Assembly: GCA_963662715.1 (NCBI GenBank)
Contig: OY759724.1
Coordinates: 2,074,662 to 2,138,661, forward strand
Length of the DNA: 64,000 bases
Direction of reading: 5' to 3'
DNA from: Candidatus Omnitrophota bacterium
GTDB taxonomy: Bacteria; Omnitrophota; Gorgyraeia; Zapsychrales; JANLHA01
Shown here: positions 19,336 to 29,552 of the stretch, one piece after another
How the letters are laid out: each line of letters begins with the position of its first letter
Numbering within the stretch: the first letter of the stretch is position 1
Made by a program: the position numbers and the translations under genes
Notes under the pieces: model-generated
What the model saw: only the letters and a program-made list of their open reading frames with translations
The model's database searches: none
What the model was told of the DNA's origin: nothing

Positions 19336-20637
19336 GTGGACAGGTCAATGGCCGGAAATATTAATGTCTCTGCCATCATCCGTTTCTTGCTGTTCGGCCT
19401 TATTGTCTGCCTGCCTTATAGCAAAGCTATTATTGAGACATGTGTCATTCTTTCCCTGGTGCTCTGGTTCTCAGTGCGCCTGAAGCTTCTCGTTCATCCC
19501 AAAGGCCCTGACCGGCAGGGGGGGGCTTCCCGGAGCTGGGGTGATGTTATAAAACCTCCTCCAACACCCCTCAACACAGCGATTTTGTTTTTTGTCATCA
19601 TTTGTTTGTGTTCTGCCGTTTTCAGCATTAATCCCGCGAAATCTTTCCATGGTTTTATCACAAAAACGCTGGAATGGTTTGCCGTATTTTATCTCATGGT
19701 CGGGGTCTTTACGACCAAGAGACAGCTGGCCACGGCGGTTGTCCTTTATCTTGCGACATCATGCGTGACGTGTTTGGACGGCATCGTGCAATTTTACTGG
19801 TTAGGGCATGACGTGATCCGTCAGCGTTTGTTGATCCGGGACGGAGCCACAGCTGCTTTCTCTCATCCCAACAGCCTTGCCGGTTATCTGACCATTGTCG
19901 TGCCCTGCGTATTTTCCCTGTGTTTTTCCCCGGGGCTAAAAGTAAGGCTTCGTCTGGCGTTAATGTCTTTGTGGAGTATTATGAGCTGGGCCTTGATCCT
20001 GACCTTCTCCCGGTCGGGCATTTTCGCCGGTCTGGCGGGGGTCCTGTTTTTTATTTGCCATAAGAGCAAGCCCGTATTTATCTGGATATGTATTCTCGCC
20101 GTTTTGCTCGCCGGAAGTTTTTTGCGTTTTGCGCCTCATGAGGTCCGCAAGCGTACGCGTACCCGGCCGGAAATTGTTTCGGATGATGTGAAATGGCGGT
20201 GGCATCTCTGGCAGGACAGCTTGGCTTTGGTCCGGGAGAGGCCGTGGGTGGGCCACGGATTGAATACTTATATGGATCTGATACATCGCAAAAGACCTGA
20301 TGCGGCTCCGGTTTATGCACATAACTGTTACGTTCAAATCATGGTGGAAACCGGCGTTCTGGGCCTGGCAGGTTTCCTGTGGATCCTGTTCGCCCTTGGA
20401 AAAGCCGTATTCGGAAGCCTGTCAAGCCCGACGGACCGTGTTGCCGACCGGCGGCTATCAGGCCTTATTCTAGGTTTGTATTCAGGGGTGGTCGCGTTTT
20501 TGGTCCACAGCTTTTTTGAAGTCCATTTTTATTCTTTGCAACTATCAGTTTACTTTTGGCTTATTGCCGGTATACTAATCTCTGGAATCTCTATGCAGAC
20601 GCATTATAAGAAATGTGAAGAAAATATTATTATTTGA
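19336..20637 (+). CDS. Wzy_C / O-antigen ligase family membrane protein (second paralogue)
   Basis: Polytopic. Motif [27 protein letters not shown] matches the Wzy_C core. Confidence 0.6.
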   Translation: MDRSMAGNINVSAIIRFLLFGLIVCLPYSKAIIETCVILSLVLWFSVRLKLLVHPKGPDRQGGASRSWGDVIKPPPTPLNTAILFFVIICLCSAVFSINPAKSFHGFITKTLEWFAVFYLMVGVFTTKRQLATAVVLYLATSCVTCLDGIVQFYWLGHDVIRQRLLIRDGATAAFSHPNSLAGYLTIVVPCVFSLCFSPGLKVRLRLALMSLWSIMSWALILTFSRSGIFAGLAGVLFFICHKSKPVFIWICILAVLLAGSFLRFAPHEVRKRTRTRPEIVSDDVKWRWHLWQDSLALVRERPWVGHGLNTYMDLIHRKRPDAAPVYAHNCYVQIMVETGVLGLAGFLWILFALGKAVFGSLSSPTDRVADRRLSGLILGLYSGVVAFLVHSFFEVHFYSLQLSVYFWLIAGILISGISMQTHYKKCEENIII

Positions 20638-20653
20638 AGAGGGAGGCTCATCC

Positions 20654-21667
20654 ATGAAAAAGAGAAAAGTGGCCCTGATCACCGGTATTACGGGACAGGA
20701 TGGCGCTTATTTGTCGGAATTATTGCTTAAAAAGAAATATGATGTTTATGGACTGATCAGACGGTCCAGCACGTTCAATACAACACGCATTGATCATCTC
20801 TATCAGGATCCTCATGAAAAGGATGTTCAATTGCGGCTGCTTTACGGGGATCTCAATGACGCGAGTTCTCTGAACCGGATTATCAGGACTATAAAACCGG
20901 ACGAGATATATAATCTTGGAGCGCAGAGTCATGTCAAGGTCAGTTTTGAGATCCCGGAATACACGGGAGAGATTGTCGGGCTGGGGACGACGCGTCTGCT
21001 GGAAGCCATACGGGATTCAGGTATTAAAGCGAAATTTTATCAGGCTTCAAGCAGTGAAATGTTTGGTAAAGTTCTCGAGATCCCTCAATCTGAAAAGACC
21101 CCGTTTTATCCCCGCAGCCCTTATGCGGCGGCGAAAGTCTACTCTTATTGGATGACCGTCAATTACCGGGAAGCTTATAATATTTTCGCCTGCAACGGTA
21201 TTCTTTTTAACCATGAATCTCCCCGGAGAGGGGAGACCTTCGTGACCCGGAAAATTACCATGGCCCTGGCCCGGATTAAACACGGAGTGCAGGATAAGCT
21301 TTTTTTAGGGAATCTGGACGCTAAAAGAGACTGGGGTTTTGCCGGGGATTATGTTGAAGCCATGTGGTTGATGTTGCAGCAGAAGACCCCGGCTGATTAT
21401 GTCATCGCGACCGGCCAGACGCATTCTGTGCGGGAATTTCTTTTAGAAGCGTTCTCCTATTTAAAGATGGATTGGAAAAAACATGTCAGGATCGATAAGC
21501 GCTATTTCCGGCCAACGGAAGTAGATCTCCTCATAGGCAACAGTTCAAAAGCCCGCAGAAAATTGAAATGGAAACCCCGAGTGAACTTTAAGCAGTTAGT
21601 CCGTATGATGGTTGATGCTGACCTGGAACTAGTTGAACGTCAGCTTTACGGCCAGAAGAAATCTTAA
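20654..21667 (+). CDS. gmd: GDP-mannose 4,6-dehydratase (second paralogue)
   Basis: [20 protein letters not shown] and [17 protein letters not shown] motifs, parallel to the first gmd. I preferred ATG 20654 (MKKRKV) over the ORF start at 20615, which overlaps the upstream gene. Confidence 0.8.
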   Translation: MKKRKVALITGITGQDGAYLSELLLKKKYDVYGLIRRSSTFNTTRIDHLYQDPHEKDVQLRLLYGDLNDASSLNRIIRTIKPDEIYNLGAQSHVKVSFEIPEYTGEIVGLGTTRLLEAIRDSGIKAKFYQASSSEMFGKVLEIPQSEKTPFYPRSPYAAAKVYSYWMTVNYREAYNIFACNGILFNHESPRRGETFVTRKITMALARIKHGVQDKLFLGNLDAKRDWGFAGDYVEAMWLMLQQKTPADYVIATGQTHSVREFLLEAFSYLKMDWKKHVRIDKRYFRPTEVDLLIGNSSKARRKLKWKPRVNFKQLVRMMVDADLELVERQLYGQKKS

Positions 21668-21685
21668 GATCCTTTAGAGATCATC

Positions 21686-23155
21686 ATGATGAATAACTTT
21701 AGGAACTGGACTGAAAAAGGCATCGTCTACTCTTTCTATGCCTTGATTTATTTTTTGCCTATCTCTACGGCTTTAGTCGAAATTTTCTCTACCTGTATTA
21801 TTTTGTGTTATTTGTCGAGGATGGGGGTTCTCCTTCTGAATCGGGGCGCCGTGGCCGATGGGGCCGGTGGTCCGGTGCGGGATTCTTCTCCATCGGAGAA
21901 GATGTTTTTCGGAGCCTGTGTCCTGTTCCTGGCCGCGAATATCCTGTCCACCCTGACGAGTCAATATCCCTGGGTGAGCTTTAAAGCCCTGTTTTTTAAG
22001 CTGAGTCAGGGGCTGGTGCTGATGCATGCGTTTTCTTTGGTGATGCTGACGCAAAAACGGATAAAAATATTTATAACCGTTTTTTTGGTTTCGGCAACCT
22101 TATCGTCTGTTAATGCCATTTTCCAATCTTTTTCCGGTCATGGTTTCGTGAGAGGTTTTTCGCTGGTGGAGGAGGCCCGGGTTACGTCTTCCTTCAAACA
22201 TCCCAATGATTTTGGCGGATATCTTATTGTTGTCAGTTCGGTTGTCCTGTCTTTGATTGTCACAGGGATTTATGAAGCCTTTTTTTATAAAAAACAGCAG
22301 GAATCGGTCGGCGGGGCTGCTTCGACCCCGGTCTTTGTCTGGATCTGGATCGGGAGTCTGTTGATCCTGACTTTATGGAGTTTGGGGCTGACTTTTTCCC
22401 GGGGAGCCTGGCTGGGATTTATTATCGCGGTGTTATGCCTGGCTTTTTACAGGAAGAAAGTTTTTTTCTTGTTGATAGGGCTCTGTGTGCTTTTTCTCCT
22501 GATCTTCCATCCTCAGTTATACAAAGTCCGGGGAAGGAATTTAAGAGTTTATAACCCCAAAGGCGTTGTTATAAAACCTAAAGACGTAAAGAAAATTATG
22601 GCGCCGGATCAGGAGCCTCCGCCTTCGGCACAGGACCGGTCTTTGAAGAATGACCTGGAATCCCAAGGGCATAAAAATTATATTCAGGCCGTTTTTAAGA
22701 AAGTATTAACGGTTTTTGAGGTTCTTGCCGGAAAAAGCATGGGCAGGTTTGGTTTTTGGAAAGAAGCCATGCTTATTGTCAAAGACTACCCTTTGTGCGG
22801 GGCCGGGCTGAACACCTATTCCAAGGTGGCTCCCCGGTACAAGATTAACTGGGGCGGGTATCCGCATAACTGTTACCTGCACATGGCAGCTGAAACCGGT
22901 GTGTTAGGTTTGGGCCTCTTTTTAGGCCTTGTTGTGATTTTTTTGTGTCACGCATGGACGAAAATTCATTTGGTGACGCCGCCGTATTTATTGTCCGTCT
23001 CCCTGGGAGGCGTGGCCGGGTTGTCAGGCTTTTTGGTGCAATGTTTTTTCGATACCAACCTTTATTCTGTGCAGTTAAACAGTCTTTTTTGGATTTTCAT
23101 CGGGTTGGTCTTAGCGGCTATAAGGACCGGCCGGCCGTACGGTTCAGAGTCATGA
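21686..23155 (+). CDS. Wzy_C / O-antigen ligase family membrane protein (third paralogue)
   Basis: Polytopic. Motif YPHNCYLHMAAETGVLGLGLFLGLVVIFL. Confidence 0.6.
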   Translation: MMNNFRNWTEKGIVYSFYALIYFLPISTALVEIFSTCIILCYLSRMGVLLLNRGAVADGAGGPVRDSSPSEKMFFGACVLFLAANILSTLTSQYPWVSFKALFFKLSQGLVLMHAFSLVMLTQKRIKIFITVFLVSATLSSVNAIFQSFSGHGFVRGFSLVEEARVTSSFKHPNDFGGYLIVVSSVVLSLIVTGIYEAFFYKKQQESVGGAASTPVFVWIWIGSLLILTLWSLGLTFSRGAWLGFIIAVLCLAFYRKKVFFLLIGLCVLFLLIFHPQLYKVRGRNLRVYNPKGVVIKPKDVKKIMAPDQEPPPSAQDRSLKNDLESQGHKNYIQAVFKKVLTVFEVLAGKSMGRFGFWKEAMLIVKDYPLCGAGLNTYSKVAPRYKINWGGYPHNCYLHMAAETGVLGLGLFLGLVVIFLCHAWTKIHLVTPPYLLSVSLGGVAGLSGFLVQCFFDTNLYSVQLNSLFWIFIGLVLAAIRTGRPYGSES

Positions 23156-23174
23156 GGGCCCCTGTCCCATTTCA

Positions 23175-23202
23175 TTGACAAATCGTTTTGCCTGAGTATA
23201 AT
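23175..23202 (+). promoter_or_regulatory. Near-consensus sigma70 promoter TTGACA-N16-TATAAT upstream of pgk
   Basis: Exact consensus hexamers read in the sequence, about 55 nt upstream of the pgk start. Confidence 0.5.
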
Positions 23203-23261
23203 ATATCGAGTTATTTATTAGTATAGTCTTAGTTAATAAGTTAATAGAAAGAGGAATGAGT

Positions 23262-24443
23262 ATGCAAAAACAAACAGTCAAGGATGTCGAACTTAAAGGG
23301 AAAAAAGTCATTGTCCGCGTTGATTTTAATGTCCCTTTAGATAAAACTCAAAATATTACGGATGACCGCCGTATTAAAGCGGCCCTGCCGACGCTTAAGT
23401 ATATTCTGGAACAGCACCCTGCTAAGGTTATTCTCATGAGCCATTTAGGAAGGCCTAAGGGAGAGGTTATTGAAGCGATGCGTTTAACACCTGTGGCCAA
23501 GCGGCTGGAGGAACTTCTGGGGGAAAAAGTTCTCAAATTGGATGATTGCGTCGGTCAGGCTGTCAAACAGGCTGTGGAGGGTAGTCAAGAAAAGGTTATC
23601 CTGTTAGAAAACTTGCGTTTTCATAAAGAAGAGACCAGGAACGATCCGGATTTTTCTAAACAGCTGGCGTCTTTAGCGGAGATTTATGTGAATGATGCTT
23701 TCGGTTCGGCTCACCGGGCCCATGCTTCAACAGCAGGTATTACGGCCTGCCTTCCTGCCGTTGCCGGTTTTCTGCTGGAGAAAGAAATAACCTATCTCGG
23801 CAAAGCCGTAGAAACACCGGAAAAACCTTTCGTGATTATTCTGGGAGGCGCAAAAGTATCGGATAAGATTGCTCTTATTGAAAACCTTCTGCCGAAAGCC
23901 GATGCCTTTATCATAGGCGGAGGCATGGTCTATACATTTCTTAAAGCCTTGGGCAGGAATATCGGCAACTCTTTATTGGAAGAAGACAAGGTGGAGACCG
24001 CTAAATCTGTTATGGAAAAGGCAGGGCAGGCCGGGGTTAAGATGGTCTTGGCAACGGACTTTGTTGTTGTGGAGGATTTTGACAAGCCGGAAACCCTCAA
24101 GATCGTTAGCGGAGAGATCCCGGACGGCTGGGAAGGGATTGATATCGGTCCGGAAAGCCGGAAAGCCTTCAGAGACGTTTTGTCAACGGCGAAAACGGTT
24201 ATCTGGAACGGTCCTCTAGGGGTTTTCGAAATAGACGCTTATGCGGAAGGGACCAAAGACATTGCCCAGTATATCGCCGGTCTTGAAGATGTGATTTCGA
24301 TCGTGGGCGGAGGGGATTCCGCGGCCGCTGTTGCGAAATTTAACGTGGAGTCAGGCATGACACATATTTCCACGGGCGGCGGAGCTTCCCTGGAATTTTT
24401 GGAAGGCAAGGAACTCCCTGGGGTTGCGGCATTAAACAGTTAA
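23262..24443 (+). CDS. pgk: Phosphoglycerate kinase
   Basis: Typical PGK N-terminus (VRVDFNVPLD) and length. Of the two in-frame ATGs, 23262 has the better spacing from RBS AGAGGA. Confidence 0.9.
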   Translation: MQKQTVKDVELKGKKVIVRVDFNVPLDKTQNITDDRRIKAALPTLKYILEQHPAKVILMSHLGRPKGEVIEAMRLTPVAKRLEELLGEKVLKLDDCVGQAVKQAVEGSQEKVILLENLRFHKEETRNDPDFSKQLASLAEIYVNDAFGSAHRAHASTAGITACLPAVAGFLLEKEITYLGKAVETPEKPFVIILGGAKVSDKIALIENLLPKADAFIIGGGMVYTFLKALGRNIGNSLLEEDKVETAKSVMEKAGQAGVKMVLATDFVVVEDFDKPETLKIVSGEIPDGWEGIDIGPESRKAFRDVLSTAKTVIWNGPLGVFEIDAYAEGTKDIAQYIAGLEDVISIVGGGDSAAAVAKFNVESGMTHISTGGGASLEFLEGKELPGVAALNS

Positions 24444-24469
24444 AGAAAAATATTACTAGAGGTGAATCC

Positions 24470-25237
24470 ATGAGAAAAATAATTATTGCCGGAAATTGGA
24501 AAATGAATAAAACTTCCCTGGAAGCCATTGAACTGGTGAATTTACTGAAAAGAGAAGTGTTGGACATCGAAGCGGTTGATATGGTTGTTTGTCCTCCTTT
24601 TACCGCTTTGGCGGACATCCGGGATGTCCTGAGCGAATCGGATATCGGATTAGGAGCCCAAAATCTTTACTGGGAGGATTCGGGCGCCTTTACCGGTGAG
24701 GTTTCCGCTCCGATGCTGAAAAATTTGGGCGTTCAGTATGTGATTATCGGACATTCGGAGCGGCGACAGTTCTTCGGGGAAACCAATGAGACGGTCAATA
24801 AGAAAATCAACGCTGCTTTGAAGCACTCCTTGTTGCCGATTGTCTGTATCGGCGAGACTTTGGAAGAACGCGAGAAGGGCCAGACAATGGATGTTATTAA
24901 AACTCAGTGTGAGGGGTCATTGAAGGATTTGACTCAGGAAGACATGGGGAAGATCATTTTGGCTTATGAACCGGTATGGGCGATAGGAACAGGCAAGACA
25001 GCGACCCCGGAACAGGCCCAAGAAGTCCACAAGTTTATTCGCGAGCTTTTGATAAAGATGTTTGGCGCTGAGTGCGCGGCCGGGGTCCGTATCCAATATG
25101 GCGGGAGTGTCAAGCCGGAAAATACGGAGGAACTGATGTCTCAGCCGGACATCGATGGTGCCCTGGTCGGAGGAGCCAGTCTTAAAAGTGATTCTTTTTC
25201 CCAGATTATAAAAAATTGTTTAGAGATTAAAAAATGA
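24470..25237 (+). CDS. tpiA: Triosephosphate isomerase
   Basis: IIAGNWKMNKT N-terminus and the catalytic motif AYEPVWAIGTG. Confidence 0.9.
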   Translation: MRKIIIAGNWKMNKTSLEAIELVNLLKREVLDIEAVDMVVCPPFTALADIRDVLSESDIGLGAQNLYWEDSGAFTGEVSAPMLKNLGVQYVIIGHSERRQFFGETNETVNKKINAALKHSLLPIVCIGETLEEREKGQTMDVIKTQCEGSLKDLTQEDMGKIILAYEPVWAIGTGKTATPEQAQEVHKFIRELLIKMFGAECAAGVRIQYGGSVKPENTEELMSQPDIDGALVGGASLKSDSFSQIIKNCLEIKK

Positions 25238-25247
25238 GGTGTTTATT

Positions 25248-25589
25248 ATGGGCGCGATACTGATGGTGGTTCATGTTTTAACGGCGGTACTCTTAATTAC
25301 GGTTATTCTGATGCAATCCGGGCGAGGGGGAGGCTTGACCGAGAGCTTCGCCTCCGCGGAATCTATGTTCGGGGCACGGACGAACGAGTTTATGGTCCGG
25401 GCCACAGTGATATTAGCCGTGGCTTTTTTGGTGACGAATTTGAGCCTGGCGTATATGAACGCAAAAGAAGAAAGATCCTTGATGCAGGAGATGGGGCAAA
25501 TGAAGACCATTAATGTGCCCCTGGAAAAACCTGCGTCCCCGGCTACAGCAACATCCCCATCCTCGCCGGAACCCGCAACAGCTCAGTAG
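25248..25589 (+). CDS. secG: Preprotein translocase subunit SecG
   Basis: LLITVILMQSGRGGGL motif and two TM helices. Position after tpiA is the conserved pgk-tpiA-secG order. ATG 25248 has GAGG 7 nt upstream. Confidence 0.75.
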   Translation: MGAILMVVHVLTAVLLITVILMQSGRGGGLTESFASAESMFGARTNEFMVRATVILAVAFLVTNLSLAYMNAKEERSLMQEMGQMKTINVPLEKPASPATATSPSSPEPATAQ

Positions 25590-25647
25590 GGTCGGGCGAA
25601 AAGGGGCGTTATTTAGTAGAGAACCTTTTCTTAGCCAAAAACCGGTC

Positions 25648-27426
25648 TTGAAGAAATACCTTTCCAAAAAATGGTGTCTTAAGACAGCTTTCCCTCAACG
25701 GGTGAGTGCGTCTTTGCTTTCCTGTGTTTTGCCCTTCTGTCTGTTTTTTTTCCTGTCCTTCTGCTGTTCGGCGGCTCAGAGTGACCGTCACGGGGGGACC
25801 CTTGTGATGGCCACGACGTCGGACCCCAAATCGTTCAATTCCGTCATGGCCAAAGAAGCCTCCTCAACGGCGGTGACCGGGCTTATTTTTGAAGGATTAA
25901 CCACGACGAATGCCTTTACGCTAAAGGTCGAACCGCATTTGGCCAGGAAATGGGATGTGAGCAAGGATGGATTGACCTGGACATTTTATCTGCGGGAGGA
26001 TGTCCAGTGGAACGACGGATATCCTTTTACGGCGGATGATGTTGTCTTTACCTTCAATGACCTGATTTACAACGAAGACATCCCCAGTTCGGCCCGCGAT
26101 ATATTCACGATTAACGGGCAGGAATTTCAGGTTGAAAAAATAGATGATTATACGGTCCAGTTTACGCTGCCGGTTAAGTTTGCTCCTTTCCTGCGGGCCA
26201 TGGCCCAGCCCATCCTTCCCAAACACAGGTTGTTGCAGTCTGTCATGGATAAAAAGTTCAATTTTACCTGGGGCATCGATACTCCGCCGCAGGACATTGT
26301 CGGGACCGGCCCGTTCAAGCTGACGCAATACCGTCCGGGAGAACGGCTGGTTTTCCATCGCAACGAACGGTACTGGAAAAAGTCTTCGGAAGGGGAGGTC
26401 CTTCCTTATCTGAATCGTATTATTTATCTTATCGTCCAGAATATTGATGTGGAAATATTAAAATTTTTGGACGGCGAAACGGATTATTGCGGCATTAGCC
26501 GGGGCAGTGATTACCCTTTGTTAAAGCCTTTGGAAGCAGAAAAGAATTTCACGGTATATGAATCCGGACCGAATTTTGGCAGCAATTTTCTTGTTTTCAA
26601 CCAGAATAAGGGGCTCAACCCTGGAACGCAAAGGCCTTTTGTTGATCCTGTTAAATTGAAATGGTTTACCAACCGTGGATTCCGCCGGGCGGTCGCGCAT
26701 ACTATCGACAAGCAGAAGATGATAGATATCCTTAAGAATCAATTGGGATATCCGCAGGACGGGCCGTTGAGCCCGAGTGCCGGATTTTTTTATAACCCGG
26801 ATACAGTAAAATATGAATTTGATTTGGAGGAAGCCAAAGCGATTCTTTCGGAAAACGGCTTCCTTGACCGTAACGGGGACGGCATCATAGAAGACCCGGA
26901 AGGCCATGATGTTCAGTTTAATTTATACACAAATTCCGATAATTCGGAAAGGGTGCAAATCGCTGCCATTATCCGCCATGACCTGCAGGAGTTGGGGATG
27001 AAGGTGAATTTTCTGGCCCTTGAGTTTAATTCTTTGGTCAGTAAACTCAACGCTTCCTTTGACTGGGATGCCATTATCATCGGCCTGACCGGAGGCGTGG
27101 AACCTCATTTCGGGAAGAATGTCTGGTCTTCCGACGGGCAGCTGCATATGTGGTATCCCCAGCAGGACAAGCCGGCCACGGGATGGGAGAAAAGAGTCGA
27201 TGAGATTTTTACCGCAGGAGTCCAGGAGCTTGACGATGAGAAACGGAAAATCCTTTATGACGAATGGCAGCGGATCGTTTCCGAGGAGCTCCCGTTTATT
27301 TATACGGTTTTAGGGAGCAATATTTTTGCTGTACGCAATAAATTCGGGAATTTAAAGCCTTCTAGTTATGCCGGGGCTTTCCATAATTTGGAAGAGATTT
27401 ATATTTTAGAGGAGAACCGCCGATGA
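25648..27426 (+). CDS. ABC transporter substrate-binding protein, family 5 (oligopeptide/dipeptide/nickel type); start codon uncertain
   Basis: Signal peptide LLSCVLPFCLFFFLSFCCSAAQS, followed by an SBP_bac_5-like sequence. There is no in-frame ATG between the secG stop and the signal peptide; TTG 25648 and GTG 25702 are candidates. Confidence 0.6.
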   Translation: MKKYLSKKWCLKTAFPQRVSASLLSCVLPFCLFFFLSFCCSAAQSDRHGGTLVMATTSDPKSFNSVMAKEASSTAVTGLIFEGLTTTNAFTLKVEPHLARKWDVSKDGLTWTFYLREDVQWNDGYPFTADDVVFTFNDLIYNEDIPSSARDIFTINGQEFQVEKIDDYTVQFTLPVKFAPFLRAMAQPILPKHRLLQSVMDKKFNFTWGIDTPPQDIVGTGPFKLTQYRPGERLVFHRNERYWKKSSEGEVLPYLNRIIYLIVQNIDVEILKFLDGETDYCGISRGSDYPLLKPLEAEKNFTVYESGPNFGSNFLVFNQNKGLNPGTQRPFVDPVKLKWFTNRGFRRAVAHTIDKQKMIDILKNQLGYPQDGPLSPSAGFFYNPDTVKYEFDLEEAKAILSENGFLDRNGDGIIEDPEGHDVQFNLYTNSDNSERVQIAAIIRHDLQELGMKVNFLALEFNSLVSKLNASFDWDAIIIGLTGGVEPHFGKNVWSSDGQLHMWYPQQDKPATGWEKRVDEIFTAGVQELDDEKRKILYDEWQRIVSEELPFIYTVLGSNIFAVRNKFGNLKPSSYAGAFHNLEEIYILEENRR

Positions 27427-28391
27427 TGCTGCGTTATGTCATAAGACGCTTTGTCGTGGCCGTGCCCTTGTTGCTTGTCATGACGTTGCTGACCTTTGTC
27501 CTCATGCAGAAAACGACGGGGAGTTTTTATGATATGTTGCGGCTGGATCCGCATATTTCCGAGGACACCATTAACCGGTATATCAGGCTTTACCAGCTCG
27601 ATAGGCCGGTTATTTATCAGTATAAACAGTGGGTGTTGAATTTGCTTAGAGGGGAGTTCGGCTATTCTTTTTATTATAATATTCCGGTTGTCTCGCTTAT
27701 CTCGAGCCGGCTGTGGAACACGTTTATCCTTTCTTTCTCCAGTATTGTCTTAACCTGGACGGTCGCGATCCCCCTGGGGATCATGGCTGCCGTTCATCAC
27801 AACCGCTGGCTGGACCGCCTCATCCAGTCTTTGTCTTATGTGGGGCTGGCTACCCCGAGTTTTTTCCTGGCCCTCTTGCTGCTGTTTTTTGCCAGCCAGA
27901 CGGGATTGTTCCCTTTGGGCGGCATGCATAGCGCGCAGTATGACGATTTGACCTGGTGGGGAAAGTTTTGGGATTTGTTGCGGCATTTAGCCATCCCCGT
28001 GATAACGTTGTCTGTCGGTTCGATAGGCGCCCTGCAGCGGATTATGCGGGGCAACATGCTGGAAGTTTTGCGGCAGCAGTACATCCTGACGGCCCGGGCC
28101 AAAGGATTGCCTGAAAACCGTGTTATTTACCGTCATGCTCTGAGAAATGCGATTAACCCTTTGATCACTTTAATGGGATATGAATTCTCGCGTCTCTTGA
28201 GCGGTGCCGCTTTGCTGGAAATCATCTGCAGTTGGCCCGGCCTGGGGGCGTTAATGTTAACGGCTGTGCGCTCCAAAGATATCTACCTGGTTATGGCGAG
28301 TTTTATTATGGGGAGTGTGTTGTTCCTTTTAGGAAATCTTTTCGCGGACATCCTTCTGGCCCGCATGGATCCAAGGATAAGATATGAGTAA
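27423..28391 (+). CDS. ABC transporter permease (OppB/DppB-like)
   Basis: Six TM helices and a BPD_transp_1-like EAA loop region. 4-nt overlap with the upstream gene. Confidence 0.8.
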   Translation: MMLRYVIRRFVVAVPLLLVMTLLTFVLMQKTTGSFYDMLRLDPHISEDTINRYIRLYQLDRPVIYQYKQWVLNLLRGEFGYSFYYNIPVVSLISSRLWNTFILSFSSIVLTWTVAIPLGIMAAVHHNRWLDRLIQSLSYVGLATPSFFLALLLLFFASQTGLFPLGGMHSAQYDDLTWWGKFWDLLRHLAIPVITLSVGSIGALQRIMRGNMLEVLRQQYILTARAKGLPENRVIYRHALRNAINPLITLMGYEFSRLLSGAALLEIICSWPGLGALMLTAVRSKDIYLVMASFIMGSVLFLLGNLFADILLARMDPRIRYE

Positions 28392-29481
28392 AGATCAGTA
28401 TTCTGTTCAATCTCAAAACGGCTTTCAGCGTTTCCGCAAGAATGGCTGGGCGGTATTCTGTTTGAGCGTCCTTGTCCTCTTGTACGGGGCAGCCCTGTTG
28501 GCCGATTTTATCAGCCCTTACTCCTATCAGAATGAAGACCGGAATTATTCCTATTGTCCGCCGACAAGCATTCAATTTCATGATGAACAGGGCCGTCTCA
28601 GGTGGCCGTACATTTACGGCTTTAAAATTTATTTTGACGAATATCATAAACGCGGGTATGAGATTAACCGGGAAGAAAAATATCCGCTTAAATTGTTTAC
28701 CCGAGGAGATCCGTACAAATTTTTGGGGTTCCTCCCGGGGACCATACGCCTTTTTGGTGTTGAGCGCCCCGGCCGTCTTCTGATCTGGGGGGCTGATTCG
28801 CGCGGACGGGACCTTTTTTCCCGCATTGTCTATGGCGGACGGATATCTTTATCGATCGGATTGTTCGGGGTGTTTATCTCTTTTTCGATCGGACTGCTGG
28901 TGGGCGGTATTGCCGGCTATTACGGAGGAAGGGTTGATGATATCCTGATGAGGATTTGTGAAATGATTATGATGATTCCGGGGTTTTACCTTTTACTGGC
29001 CTTAAGGGCCATGGTCCCGGCGAGCTTTAATTCCGTCCAGGTTTATTTCTCCATTGTTATCATTCTTTCCTTTATCGGCTGGGCCGGCTTAGCCAGAATC
29101 ATCCGGGGAATGTGCCTTTCGATTAGGGAACGGGAGTTTGTCTTGGCTGCGAAAGTTATGGGCCTTTCTGATCTTAAGATTATCGTCAGGCATGTTTTGC
29201 CCCATACATTGTCTTATTCTATTATTGCGATTATGCTTTCGATCCCCGGATATATCTTGGCCGAATCAGCCTTAAGCCTGATCGGGCTGGGGATCCAGGA
29301 CCCGTATGCGTCCTGGGGAAATTTGTTGTCAGAGGCGATGGGGATTATTCAGATACATTTCGCCCCGTGGATCCTTTTGCCCGGATTGTTTATCTTTTTG
29401 ACTGTCATGTGCTTTAATGTGATCGGCGATGCTTTGAGAGATTGTTTGGACCCGCGGTTTAGGGTCGAGGAGAATCTTTGA
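28384..29481 (+). CDS. ABC transporter permease (OppC/DppC-like) with extended N-terminal periplasmic region
   Basis: Permease fold with the typical OppC N-terminal extension. Overlaps upstream by 8 nt. Confidence 0.8.
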   Translation: MSKDQYSVQSQNGFQRFRKNGWAVFCLSVLVLLYGAALLADFISPYSYQNEDRNYSYCPPTSIQFHDEQGRLRWPYIYGFKIYFDEYHKRGYEINREEKYPLKLFTRGDPYKFLGFLPGTIRLFGVERPGRLLIWGADSRGRDLFSRIVYGGRISLSIGLFGVFISFSIGLLVGGIAGYYGGRVDDILMRICEMIMMIPGFYLLLALRAMVPASFNSVQVYFSIVIILSFIGWAGLARIIRGMCLSIREREFVLAAKVMGLSDLKIIVRHVLPHTLSYSIIAIMLSIPGYILAESALSLIGLGIQDPYASWGNLLSEAMGIIQIHFAPWILLPGLFIFLTVMCFNVIGDALRDCLDPRFRVEENL

Positions 29482-29552
29482 GTTTTTCCCGGGGCAACGA
29501 TTAAGGTTTCAGTGGGTTTTGATATGAAAAAACACAAAAAAATTATCCCATT

